A stretch of 64,000 nucleotides of DNA, from assembly GCF_963506605.1 (NCBI RefSeq), contig NC_083288.1:32984001-33048000 (forward strand). Reading direction: 5' to 3'. Below are positions 46,522 through 59,400 of the stretch, in pieces; positions within the stretch are counted from its first letter, which is position 1, and every line of letters begins with the position of its first letter. The translations under genes and the position numbers were made by a program. The notes below the pieces were generated by a model. It saw only the letters and a list, made by a program, of their open reading frames with translations, had not been told where the DNA came from and made no database searches. The DNA is from Zootoca vivipara. Taxonomy: Eukaryota.

Positions 46522-48242
46522 GTAAGAACTTGTATTGTGTCTTTTTAAATTCCATTTTGTAGTTCTATTTAGTTAAAAGGGATATCTCTGAGTAGACATG
46601 AGAAAGGATTTTGTTCCTCTTCACACAGGCTGCAGATGCAGTTAACATAACCAAGGGAATCTCCACAGGGAAATGCAAGTGGGATTTTTTTTATTTAAAA
46701 AATGTATTTGTTTTCGTAAGCACTATAAATGTATGATTTGAATATGGCCTTTGAAAGACTGATCACCACATGGTTTTAAGGCTGAACAAGGATTTGAAAC
46801 TGGCCCTTCCCTTTCTAGTCCAATGCCCTAATCACTGAATCTTATTGAATTTTCCTCCTCAATAATGAAGCTTCCAAGCAAACATATGTCACTTACTTAT
46901 ATAGAATAGAATCAAGTCAGGCAATTCGCTCCCATAACCCAGTAATAATCTTCTTCTGTGGGCACAGCAGAAGTTTGTGCTGCCTGATATTTATGTTGCT
47001 TAAGCTATGAAGTAGAACTCCTGTGACTTATGAATGGCACCATCATCACTTTCACACAGCTATCCTGCTTCCCTCTACATCTCTGGTTCACATAAATGTT
47101 ATTTCAACATGCCTGGTAATGAATGCTGTAGTGTATTAAGTATAGTAAAAATGTACAGGATTAAATGTATAGTTGAAATAGTATGAATAGATTAAAGGTA
47201 TGAAACAGCTCCTTTATTTTGTTCGTTTTGACAAACATTTTTTAAAGGAATCTCACTGAGACAGTAGAGCATATGGTATTCTGAGGTAGGCATTGTGTAC
47301 TGTTTTTTTTCTTGAAGCCAACTTCAGCTAAAGACTGCCTCAGAACACATAATATCTAAACAAGATAATTGTAATGAACCTCAAGGCATCATGGCCATTA
47401 AGCAAAAAGCAGAAGGGAAAGAAAATGCACTACAGTGGATTTTCTGGAGAGAAGCAGTTTATTCCCTTGTAACAGTCCATGGGATTGTAGTCTTACAGTT
47501 TTATATCCACATACAAGGGAGAAAACCTCAATGAACTTGGAGATCAATGAACTCTTCCTTCTACATCTCTCAACTAAAGATCTTTTCAAGATGCTTGGTG
47601 GCAAGCGCTGTACTGTAGTAAAATAATGTGCTGGATTAAATGTATCATTGTTTGAATGAAATAGCTCTTTTATTCTGTTCATTTTGACAAAGGTTTCTAA
47701 AAACCAAATCTCACTGGGAAAGTATATCATATCGTGTGTTCTGGAGCTGGCGTAGTTTAGTAATATCATTATTTCTTTTTCTTTCTCATGCAAAAAGTAC
47801 ACAGGAGTTTCCCATCTGTAACAAATATTAGCAATGACTTATCTCTGAAGAAACATGTTAGTTTTACCAGGCATTCTTCCACTGTTGGTAATGATGGGTC
47901 CTTCAATCTTTCTACATATAAAAGTCTTGCAACGATATTCATATTTTGTAATAAAATTTAATAATCCTTTTCTAACTGTATATCCATGAGTTACAGCAGG
48001 AAAAGTTCTAGTTTCAATTGAAAATCAACATTCAAAATTCTCTGTATCAAAGTATATATTTCTATTAAGCATGATCAAATGTCCACCACCACCCCTCTCG
48101 GCTTATTTGGTAGGATGAGCTAGATATGAATTTCATTAGGGAAGTTTTTAATGGTAGGTGTTTTATTGTGTTTTTAATATCCTGTTGGAAGCTGCCCAGA
48201 GTGGCTGGGGAGGACCAGTCAGATGGGCGGGGGATAAGAATA

Positions 48243-48293
<51 letters not shown>

Positions 48294-51200
48294 ATATCAT
48301 TGGAACTGTGGAATATTTTCTGATCAAGACTGCAAATGTTGTTCCAGCGTGGTGCCTAAGGGTTACCAGCACATCCTGGCCTTGGCATTTGCAGTCAAGG
48401 AGATCAATGAAGACCCTCACATCTTACCAAATGTCACCTTGGGCTTCCACATCTATGACAGCTATGCCCATGCAATTAAGACATATCATGCCACAATGCT
48501 ACTTTTATCTACACTGGAGAAATTTCTCCCCAACTATATATGTGATACACAGAGTAATCTGACAGCTGTCATTGGGGGTCTCGACTCCCAGGTCTCCCTT
48601 CATGTGGCAACTATCTTGGATATTTATAAGATTCCACAGGTAGGACAGCTATGCATGCTTCTGAGTGGAGTATGAAAATTTAATAGTGCTTTCATACTTT
48701 TTTGTTTCTTCCAGCTTGTATTATTTGGAAACAGGGATGGGTGCAATGGGAATAATAATATCAAATATTCTTTTGCTTTATTTCCTTTGCATGTTTTATG
48801 CAGACTGAAAGCAGTTCATTAACAAATGAAAATGTAAATGAACCTATCACTGGAACATCGTTTTCATAGATTAGAAATAAATTGAGCAATATATTTCCCA
48901 CATGGACATCCCACTTATTGTTTCCATTGCTCCAAGTTGTTGATCCTTTTTACTTTCTATATTGTTGATGGAAAGCATTCCTCAATAATTTAAAGGTCAC
49001 CATTTAAATCTTCTTGGGCCCATTCATGCCAACCATGATTTGACAATCTGTATGCATAGGCTGCAGACCTGCTTAATAAAGCACAGCCTGGCTTTCACTG
49101 AAGCAACACCATAAAGTTCAAAAACTAATTAATTGGTTTTATCAGAGGAGGAATTAGATGTTATGTCCTTCAGGTAATTGACAATACTGTCAAAAGCTTT
49201 AAACAAAAACTGGGTGGTTGCTGATGCAGATTGAGATCCTTGTGTGAATGAAGATAGTGCCTCTATCCCTTTGCTCTCCGCTTCAGTATAGATCAGAATG
49301 GACTCCCCTGAATCGGCAATTTCATCATTAATCACTCAGGTAGTACAGTTGAGAAATAAAAGGTTTGCTGATGTGAAGGATGCACTATTCATATGGATGT
49401 TCAAATGCACATGCCAGCTGCATTTGACTATGTATTAAACTACTATATAAATATAGGGTGTTCTCTCTCTCTCTCTCTCTCTCTCTCTTCCCAACAAATA
49501 TCTCTTTAGCTCATATATGGCCCCACTCCGGTGATGAATGCTAAAACCCCAGGACTACCTTTCTACCAGATGGCCCCCCCAGAAAGCCACCAGTTTGCAG
49601 GCATTCTTTCTTTTCTTCTCCATTTCAAATGGACATGGATTGGGGTCGCTGTGGTTGACAATGACAACGGAGAAAGATTTGTACAAAAGGTGCTCCCAAT
49701 CTTTTCAGACAGGGGTATTTGTTTTGCCTTTCTAGAAACAATACCCAATTTTAGTTTTCTTACTGAAGGATTCACCCTGATGCAACAGGGGGCAAAAATA
49801 CATGATAGAGTGATGGGTAGCAAAGCCAATGTTGTGGTGGCCTATGGAGAAGCTTCTACCACTATATTTTTGAGATGGCTTCCATATCTATCAATGCTTG
49901 GGAGCATGAAAACAAATGTAAAAGGTAAAGTATGGATAGCGACAGCCCAAGTGGAATTCATTTCATTGGCCTTTCAGCGGGATTGGAATGCAGAACTATT
50001 CAGTGGTGGCATATCATTCAGAATTCATTCCAATGATCTACCAGGATTTCATCAATACGTTGAGGGCAGAAACCCTTTCAATGTAAAAGGTGACGATTTC
50101 ATCTGGGATTTCTGGCAACATGCCTTTGGTTGTGTATTCCCACATGGTATTCTGGATGATGGGATGGGGGATATCTGCACAGGAATGGAGAATTTAGAGA
50201 ACCTTCCTGCATCTCTCTTTGAAATGACTGTGCAAGGTCTAAGCTACAGCATCTACAATGCTGTCCATTCTGTTGCCCATGCATTGCATGCCATGTTCTT
50301 ACAAAGACTCAGATACCCAGGAATGGTGGATGGAAGGAGAGGGAAGCTTCAGAAGCAGCAGTTTTGGCAGGTAAGGGGCAAGAAATCCATACACTGTATG
50401 TGTGCTGGTCCCAGAGGTTGCCCAGGAGGGGAAGTCCACTTCCGGTCCGTGGTTCGTAGGTTAAGGGTAGAGACAGTCCGAAGAAGCTGAGGCTGGGAGC
50501 AGGGCAGCGCGTCAGGTGAGGTCAGGAACAGGTACGAAGTCCCGGAACTAAGGCAGGTCAGAATCGCAGGCAGGGAATTGAGGCAGGTCAAAGGCCGGGA
50601 CACTGGCAGTAACTAGCAACCAACAATGTTCCTCCTGGGGTGGGGTTTGGCCACCTTTAATCTTGAATGGGGTAACGGACGGCCCCAATCCCCTGGCGAC
50701 TCACTGCCTCTCCTTGCCTGGAGGCGAGCACTCCTCCTGCGAGTACTCAGGTCCCTCCTTCTATCAGCCCTGAGTCTCTGCAGCTCAGGAGACGCCAGTG
50801 GGTTACTGGACCCCGGAGCCACCTCAGCCCCAGCCAGCAGTCGGCCAGATGCTGGTGTTGACCCGGCTGATGGCAACGAGGTCTCTCCCCCATCTGGAAC
50901 CAAGGCACGCTCAGGCCCCAGACTCGGCCCAGCTGATGCTTGTTGCAGGGGAGGCTGAGCAGACTGAGGCTCCTCAGGATCAGGCCCCAACCTCAATTCA
51001 GCCGACGTCCCAGGCAAAGTGTCTGGTGCAGGCTGCGATTCCTCCAACTCCAAGTCTGAGCCCGAGTTCCAGGCCATCACAGCATGGAATATATACTGGG
51101 TGTTCAATTTCCCTAACTACTAACTATTTTGTCCTCCTCCCTGCCCTCTCTGGCACCTAGAAAGGATAGATTTCCCATCATGGAAGGTACCATCCTGCTT

Positions 51201-51716
51201 TCTTCACGGCCTGAAACTTAATTTTAATAATACTTTCCAGAGATATATTTACATAATTCTGTTACAGTATAGAAAACACAAAAACTTGATTTGAGAGTCT
51301 TTCAAATTTTGCACAAGGCTCCTTGTTGTTTATGAACAGTGCATATGCCTGCAATTCTGCTGATTTTTGTAGCATCCCTGTTTGCAATATCTGGGTCGTA
51401 AAGGGTGATTGTATCTTCCTTCAGTCTTGTACTTCATAACTGTCGAAGTATTCATGATGGGCGCTCTGAGAAGTCAAGTTACAGGGAACCAGGCAGAGGG
51501 CCTTCTCCTTAGTGGCACCCGCCCTGTAGCACGCCCTCCCACCAGATGTCAAAGAAAGAAACAAATAACAGACTTTTAGAAGACATCTGAAGGCAGCCCT
51601 GTTTAGGGAAGCTTTTAATGTTTAACAGACTATTCTATTTTAATGTGGTGATGTTCTTTTTTTGGAATCTGCCCAGAGTGGCTGGGGAAACAGCCAGATG
51701 TGTGGGGTATAAATAA

Positions 51717-51762
<46 letters not shown>

Positions 51763-54299
51763 TCCCCAATTCTCAATTATGATCTCATTCACTAAAATAT
51801 GATGTTGGGGGGAATTAACACTTCCCTCTCCACCTGAAGCCTGTCAAACAAATAGGATTCCCTCCCCCCCGTACACACACACACACACACACACCTACAC
51901 CTTAGCAGTGCTAATGGGGAGTGGAGTATAGGGAACACTGCAGACCATATGTGAGACCAAAATAGGCTACATGTATGTTGCAGAGAGAAGGCTCCCCTCT
52001 CTGCACTAGATCTCTCTCTAAAACATTCAGATCCACCCTTTGCTAAATGCTTGCCTTCTCTCTTTTCAATCTAGCTCCATCATTTTCTGAGAGGTGTCTC
52101 ATTTAACAACAGTGCTGGAGACACAGTGTCCTTCAATCAGAACAAGGAGGTAATATCTAGTCTGGATGTTATCAACTGGGTGATCTCCTCCAACCAGTCC
52201 TTTCATAGGGTAAAAGTTGGAAGGATGGATCCCGAGGCTCCTCCAGACCAAGCCTTCAGCCTTCATGAAGATGCCATAACATGGCACAAATGGTTTAATC
52301 AGGTAGAGTCATTTTGTTAGCTAATTCAGAAGAAATTCATTTTTCTGTGAGCAATTCTTATATGCTTTGATGTCGAAAATAATGTTCACTTCAGAATCAG
52401 AAAAACTTACAAAATACCCTTTTTTAAAAAAACTGGATGTAAATTCATTTATTTGTCCAGGTCAGGATATAATTGTGCACACTTTCCATCCCAAAGGGAT
52501 ATAATATCATGCAATCTGGTAAAATATGTATAATATCTCCTTTGTATTCATTGTTTCAATGCAAACAATAATGAATTACTATCTGCAGAGCTGATCTACA
52601 GTTTACTGAAATGCTGTGACACATTAGCAACATAGGGAAGGTCTCCAGAACCTGACCCATTCCAAGTGCATTATTCTCATGAATATCCTCTTTCTCCTTC
52701 ATCTACTGATTAGGTTCGGCCTCTTTCTCTCTGTACTGAGAAATGTCACACAGGATCAAGGAAGAAAGTGAAGGAAGGAGAACCATTTTGCTGCTATGAT
52801 TGCATCCCATGCCCAGAGGGAAAGATTTCAAACCAGGAAGGTAAGAGAAAGATGCAGAAATTTGGATCCAGATGCAGTACTTCCTTTGAGTTCCCCTTAA
52901 AAGGAATGGGAAAAAATAAGTTATGATTAACTGGTCCACTTGCTTTCAAGGGGACCAAGTGTTACTCTCTGAGGTTACTTCCAAGCAATCTCTTTCAAAC
53001 ATTTCAGAAGTCAAATGGTCTTCTGGAGTAGATTACATTCAAAAACCAAGGTTCCACTATATTATCTTGGTGACTGAACAATAATTAGCTTCCTAACTCT
53101 ACGTTTGATTAAAAAGCATATATACTGCTTTGGGGAAATTTTACCTTCTGAATATGACAAGCAATGCTAAATAATTATAAAATTAAATACGTTCTGTATA
53201 TAATATAAGTGCAAATACTGGAAAGTCATTTGTAATAAATTTATTTATTTCTAAAAATGATTTTACTTTGGGAATATTAACTTAACCAAAATATATTTTG
53301 AATTCCCAAGTCATGTTACCGCTTGTGAGCATCCCCCAATGATGATGTGATTGATGGAATGTATATGAACTGGAGACTGTACCTTTCTTTTTTCTAGATA
53401 TGAGTGACTGTGATGAATGCTCAGTCAAAGACTATCCAAGCAAGAACCAAGATGCATGTATTCCCAAGGATATAAGTTTCTTATCTCATGAAGAACCTTT
53501 GGGTATCAGTTTAGTCTGCTTTTCGCTTTCATTTTCTCTGATCACAGCTCTGGTGCTGGGTACATTTATGAAACACAATGACACTCCCATAGTCATTGCA
53601 AACAACAGGAACCTCACCTACACTCTCCTCATTTCTCTACTGCTCTGCTTCCTTTGTGCACTGCTCTTCCTGGGCCAACCTGAGAAGGTGACCTGTCTCC
53701 TGCGACAAACCGCTTTTGGCATCATCTTCTCAGTGGCTGTTTCTTGTGTATTGGCAAAAACCATCACTGTGGTTCTGGCTTTCATGGCCACCAAACCTGG
53801 ATCCAGGATGAGGAGATGGGTGGGGAAGGGATTGGCCAACACCATTGTCCTTTCCTGCTCCTTTGTCCAGGCTGGGATCTGTACTGTGTGGCTGGCAACC
53901 TTTCCCCCATTTCCTGATACAGACAGTTTCTCAGTGGCTAAAGAAATTATACTAGAATGCAATGAGGGGTCTGTGATGATGTTTTACGTTGTTCTGAGCT
54001 ATATGGGCTTCCTGGCAATTATTAGTTTCATTGTCGCTTTCCTTGCCAGGAAATTACCTGACAGCTTCAATGAAGCCAAGTTCATCAGTTTCAGCATGCT
54101 GGTCTTTTGCAGTGTTTGGCTCTCCTTTATTCCCTCCTACCTGAGCACCAAGGGAAAATACATGGTTGCTGTGGAGATCTTCTCCATCTTAGCCTCTGGT
54201 GCTGGACTGCTGGGTTGCATCTTCTCCCCAAAATGTTATATTATTGTGTTCAGGCCTCAGCTGAACAACAGGGAGCAGCTAATAAGGAAGAAAAACTAA
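46304..54299 (+). CDS. V2R gene E, complete (875 aa)
   Basis: Exons 46304-46521, 48348-48639, 49510-50370, 52075-52302, 52714-52840, 53398-54299; GT-AG, open frame. Confidence 0.93.
48348..48639 (+). CDS. V2R gene E exon 2
   Basis: 292 nt, GT-AG. Confidence 0.92.
49510..50370 (+). CDS. V2R gene E exon 3
   Basis: 861 nt, GT-AG. Confidence 0.93.
50401..51081 (-). mobile_element. GC-rich solo LTR in gene E intron 3
   Basis: TGTG...CACA termini; TSD gtatg/gcatg; same insertion in gene F and a remnant in gene D; strand is tentative. Confidence 0.8.
51460..51760 (+). mobile_element. L2 LINE 3' end with (TTA)n tail
   Basis: cagggaaccaggcagagggccttctc...ttttagaagacatctgaaggcagccctgtttagggaag...gggtataaataaa then (tta)n. 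Confidence 0.7.
52075..52302 (+). CDS. V2R gene E exon 4
   Basis: 228 nt, GT-AG. Confidence 0.9.
52714..52840 (+). CDS. V2R gene E exon 5
   Basis: 127 nt; [11 protein letters not shown]. Confidence 0.92.
53398..54299 (+). CDS. V2R gene E exon 6 (7TM)
   Basis: 902 nt; 7TM motifs. Confidence 0.95.
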
Positions 54300-54303
54300 A
54301 AAC

Positions 54304-54354
<51 letters not shown>

Positions 54355-54393
54355 CTGTCCTTTTCTAACCAAATGGTGGTGTTTATGCATGTT

Positions 54394-54454
<61 letters not shown>
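54304..54454. repeat. (GAAA)n and (TA)n microsatellites directly after the gene E stop (gene B has (GGAA)n at ~15925-15972)
   Basis: Read directly. Confidence 0.9.
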
Positions 54455-54459
<5 letters not shown>

Positions 54460-55807
54460 TGTGCATACATTTAAAGGTTTATACACATTTCACTGTTGTC
54501 CAATTCTCCTTGGCTGGGGAAAAAATCACTTTGATTTGATGCTGGAATTATTGTGGTCACTGCCACCTGAGCATAAATCTCCAACTATTATCTGCTTGAT
54601 TCTTACCTTTGGTTCCACTTTATACAGTTTGCGAAGGATGTTCTCTTTTACTCACTGAATTCTTTATTCTTTCAATGTATTAAACATATTATACAATGAT
54701 GGCGTCTTTCTTATTTGAATTTTTATTCCCCATTTTTCTCTCCCCTACCCCAAATAATTTGGCTTCTGTTAATTAGGTTTGGTTTTCACCAGTTATTCTT
54801 CCATCAGCCTGTGTATATCCAAATTGAGTCCCTGTGTCAGTTTGAGATGTTTGGCAAGAACCCACTTCTGTTCATTTGTAGCATAAACAGCTACAGTACG
54901 TTGTCGGTTCGTTAAGCTCAGGATTGTCTGAGCCAGTGTCCCAAGGCAGTTGAGAACTTGATAAGGGGCAATAAACTGAATCTTGGGAAGACAGGTATTC
55001 CATGCATAGCTGGTTCCTCTATCCAGAAGACAGGTCTGCTGCCTGTCTGGTATTAGTCTGCACTCCATCCAAAGGAGCAGGTTCATATCTTGGGAATACT
55101 CTTGGATATGTCTTGATAATGAGAGGGCCAAATGACCCCGGTGGCTAGGAATGGCTTGTACCAGCTTCACTTGATCCACCATCTACAGCTGTATATGTAT
55201 TGGAATCATTTAGGTACAGTACACAATGCATTATAGCAGCATCTCCTGAGTTCTTAGAAATTGGCTAATGTAAATATCTGTTTTCCATTTATGTATAAAA
55301 TAGCAATTTAATAAACAATCTTAGTGAATAGTTCATCTTATATCCAGTTGATTTCAAGTAAGTTGTGGAAATTCTTTCCCACAGGGGGGTTTCTAGCATC
55401 GCAAAGGGATGGGTGACAGCACAAAAGGGTCACATTGAGGAACTGGGTTATTGTGGCATGGAAAGTAGCAAAAATATCTGTTTGTATGTTTAAAAAACTG
55501 GGGCAGGGCTTAGAAAAAGATACAGAAGCAACTTTTCTTTCTATACTTTATGTTGGCAATAACATTTTATCAGGAAGATCAACCCAATCAAGAAAAAAGT
55601 TGCTTTTTGCTCTACTTGTGGTACATAATTATCTCCAGAGTCAGTCAATGTTTTTATTACAGTCAATGATAAGTATTCAGTATTTCCTCCATAACCTTTT
55701 GGCTAAGATTATGCGAAACATCCAATTTGTTTCATAATGTGGGTCATTCCAATCACAAGAGTCTCTTGCCATCTAACTGTGCAGAAAGGAACTATTTCCA
55801 TTCTGAT

Positions 55808-56196
55808 GTGACAAACATGTTTTCTTCAGCAATTCCCAGAGGAAATCCCCACATCTGAACAGATTTCCTCATTCATTAAATCTGAAAAGCAGCCAATTTT
55901 AGTGCTCATCCAGCCCACTGTGGAATTTCAGTTGCCATGAACAAAACAAATTGCAAAGACACTGAAGAATATACAAATATGTCTGCCACCATTTACAGCC
56001 AAGGGGATGGGGACCAAGAACAATAATCTGTTGTGATCTCTGATTCTTTGCACAATTGACCCTAAAGCTCATGGCTTTGAAGAGAATGAACTGTCATTGA
56101 GGCAAGAAGTTCTCATCACAGAGACTCTAACGATTGTACTATAGCAAACAACAGAGGAATCTGTGTTCAGATCAAAGATTTACCATTCAATTGAGG
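55808..56196 (+). promoter_or_regulatory. Conserved upstream block of V2R gene F
   Basis: Paralogous to 5548-5933. Confidence 0.55.
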
Positions 56197-56414
56197 ATGG
56201 TAGTTTTAGTGGTCTTGCTGCTGGCTCTGTTTCCTCACATGGCACAGGAGGCCCACACCATTAAATGCAGGGTTCAGTATCTACACCACCCACTTCACAA
56301 GTATCATCAGCCAGGAGATTTCATCATTGGTGGCATAGCTTCTCTCGGAGCCTTTATTTTCAGTTCAGCAACTTTCACTGAAGAACCCCCACCTGCATTG
56401 TCTGAAGAGCTTGC
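56197..56414 (+). CDS. V2R gene F exon 1
   Basis: 218 nt; appears identical to gene D exon 1. Confidence 0.88.
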
Positions 56415-59400
56415 GTAAGACCTCGTATTGTGTCTGTTTTTATTTCCATTTTGTAGTTCCATTTAGTTAAAAGGGATATCTCTGAGTAGACATGAGAAAG
56501 GATTTTGTTCCTCTTCACACAGGCTGCAGATGCAGTTAACATAACCAAGGGAATCTCCACAGGGAAATGCAAGTGGGATTTTTTTTATTTAAAAAATGTA
56601 TTTGTTTATGTAAGCACTATAAATGTATGATTTCAATATGGCCTTTGAAAGACTGATCACCACATGGTTTTAAGGCTGAACAAGGATATGAAACTGGCCC
56701 TTCCCTTTCTAGTCCAATGCCCTAATCACTGAATCTTATTGAATTTTCCTCCTCAATAATGAAGCTTCCAAGCAAACATATGTCACTTACTTATATAGAA
56801 TAGAATCAAGTCAGGCAATTCGCTCCCTCTTTGTTTTTTACTCGTCTTGTGTCTCCTTTCTATTTCCATTCTGCCAACTCTCATTTTGTGGTTCAGCAGT
56901 TTTCATAAACACTCCTGAGAGTAGTTCGCCTAACAGCTACAATTTTTAGAGTTCTCTGAAAAGAGGGATTGACTATGAAATTGCTCTCACTATCCTTAAC
57001 AAACAGCAGCTTCCAGGCTTCTTTGTGGAAGCCAATACTGTTTAAAGTGGTATCATAGCACTATAAATGTATGATTTGAATGTGGCCTTTGAAAGACTGA
57101 TCACCACATGGTTTTAAGGCTAAGCGGGGTTTTGAAACTAGACCTTCCCTTTCTAGTCCAATCCCTAATCACTGAAACTTGTTAAATTTTCCTCCTCGAT
57201 AATGAAGCTTCCAAGCAAACATATGTCGCTCCCTTATTTATATCAAGTCAGGGAATTTGCTCTCATAATGCAGTAATAGTTTTCTTCTGTGGGCCCAGCA
57301 GAAGGTTGTGCTGCCTGATATTTATGTTGTTTAAGCTATGAAGTAGAACTCTTGTGACCTATGAATGGCACCATCATCACTTTCATACATCTATCCTGCT
57401 TCTTTGGTCTTCCTTCTACATCTCTGGTTCATGTAAAGGTCATTTTGATATGCCTGGTGATAAATACTATAGTGTAGTAAAAGGGGTAACGAAGAGTCAG
57501 ACACGACTAAATGACTAAACAACAACAAGTAAAAGAATGCAGAGGATTAAATGTATAGTTGAAATAGTATGAATAGATTAAAGGTATGAAACAGCTCCTT
57601 TATTCTGTTTTGACAAACATTTTTTAAAGGAATCTCACTGAGAAAGTAGAGCATATGGTATTCTGAGGTAGGCATTGTGTACTGTTTTTTTTCTTGAAGC
57701 CAACTTCAGCTAAAGACTGCCTCAGAACACATAATATCTAAACAAGATAATTGTAATGAACCTCAAGGCATCATGGCCATTAAGCAAAAAGCAGAAGGGA
57801 AAGAAAATGCACTACAGTGGATTTTCTGGAGAGAAGCAGTTTATTCCCTTGTAACAGTCCATGGGATTGTAGTCTTACAGTTTTATATCCACATACAAGG
57901 GAGAAAACCTCACTGAACTCAGAGAACAATGAACTCTTCCTTTCTACATCTCTCAACTTTCAAGATGCTTGGTGGCAAGCGCTGTACTGTAGTAAAATAA
58001 TGTGCTGGATTAAATCTACTGTTGTTTGAATGAAATAGCTCTTTTATTCTGTTCATTTTGACAAACTTTTTTAAAAAGGAATCTCACTGGGAAAGTATAG
58101 CATATCGTGTATTCTGAAGTTTGCATAGTTTAGTAATATAATAATTTCTTTTTCTTTTCGATGCAAAAAGTACACAGGAATTTCCAATCTTTAACAAATA
58201 TTAGCAATGACTTATTTCTGATGAAACATGATAGTTTTACCAGGCATTCTTCCATTGTTGGTAATGATGGGTCCTTCAATCTTTCTACATATAAAAGTCT
58301 TGCGACGATAATCATATTTTGTAATAAAATTCAATAGTCTTTTTCTATCTGTATTTCCATAAGTTCCTGCAGGAAAAGCTCTAAGTTCAATTGAATTCTC
58401 TGTATCAATATTTCTACTAAACAGTTCAAAATTCTCTGTATCAATATTTCTACTAAACATGACCAAATGTCCCTCCTCTGGGCTCATTTTGGGAGGATGA
58501 GCGAGATATGAATTTCATTAGGGAAGTTTTTAATGTTAGGTGTTCTATTGTGTTTTAATATCCTGTTGGAAGCTGCCCAGAGTGACTGGGGAGGCCAATC
58601 AGATGGGCGGGGTATAAGAAGTAGTAGTAGTTGTTGTTTAGTCGTTTACTCGTGTCTGACTCTTCGTGACCCCATGGACCATAGCACGCCAGGCACTCCT
58701 GTCTTGCACTGCCTCCCGCAATTTGTTCAAACTCATGTTCGTAGCTTCGAGAACACTGTCCAACCATCTTGTACTCTGTCGTCCCCTTCTCCTTGTGCCC
58801 TCAATCTTTCCCAACATCAGGGTCTTTTCCAGGAAGTCTTCTCTTCTCATGAGGTGGCCAAAGTATTGGAGCCTCAGCTTCAGGATCTTTCCTTCCAGTG
58901 AGCACTCAGGGCTGATTTCCTTCAGAATGGATAGGTTTGATCTTCTAGCAGTCTATGGGACTCTCAAGAGTCTCCTCCAGCACCATAATTCAAAAGCATT
59001 AATTCTTCAGCGATCAGCCTTCTTTACGGTCCAGCTCTCACTTCCATACATCACTACTGGGAAAACCATACCTTTAACTATACCTGTATGGAACTTTGTT
59101 GGCAAGGTGATTTCTCTGCATTTTAAGATGCTGTCTAGGTTTGTCATTGCTTTTCTCCCAAGAAGCAGGTGTCTTTTAATTTCGTGACTGCTGTCACCAT
59201 CTGCAGTGATCAAGGAGCCCAAGAAAGTAAAATCTCTCACTGCCTCCATTTCTTCCCCTTCTATTTGCCAGGAGGTGATGGGACCAGTGGCCATGATCTT
59301 GGTTTTTGTTGTTGTTGCGCTTCAGACCATATTTTGCACTCTCCTCTTTCACCCTCAATAAAAGGTTCTTTAATTCCTCCTCACTTTCTGCCATCAAGGT

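Noticed and set aside
50613-51107. 164-aa minus-strand ORF with an Arg-rich motif ([11 protein letters not shown])
   Set aside because: It lies in a GC-rich solo LTR, starts outside the element, and is split by a frameshift in the gene F copy; no support for a host gene.
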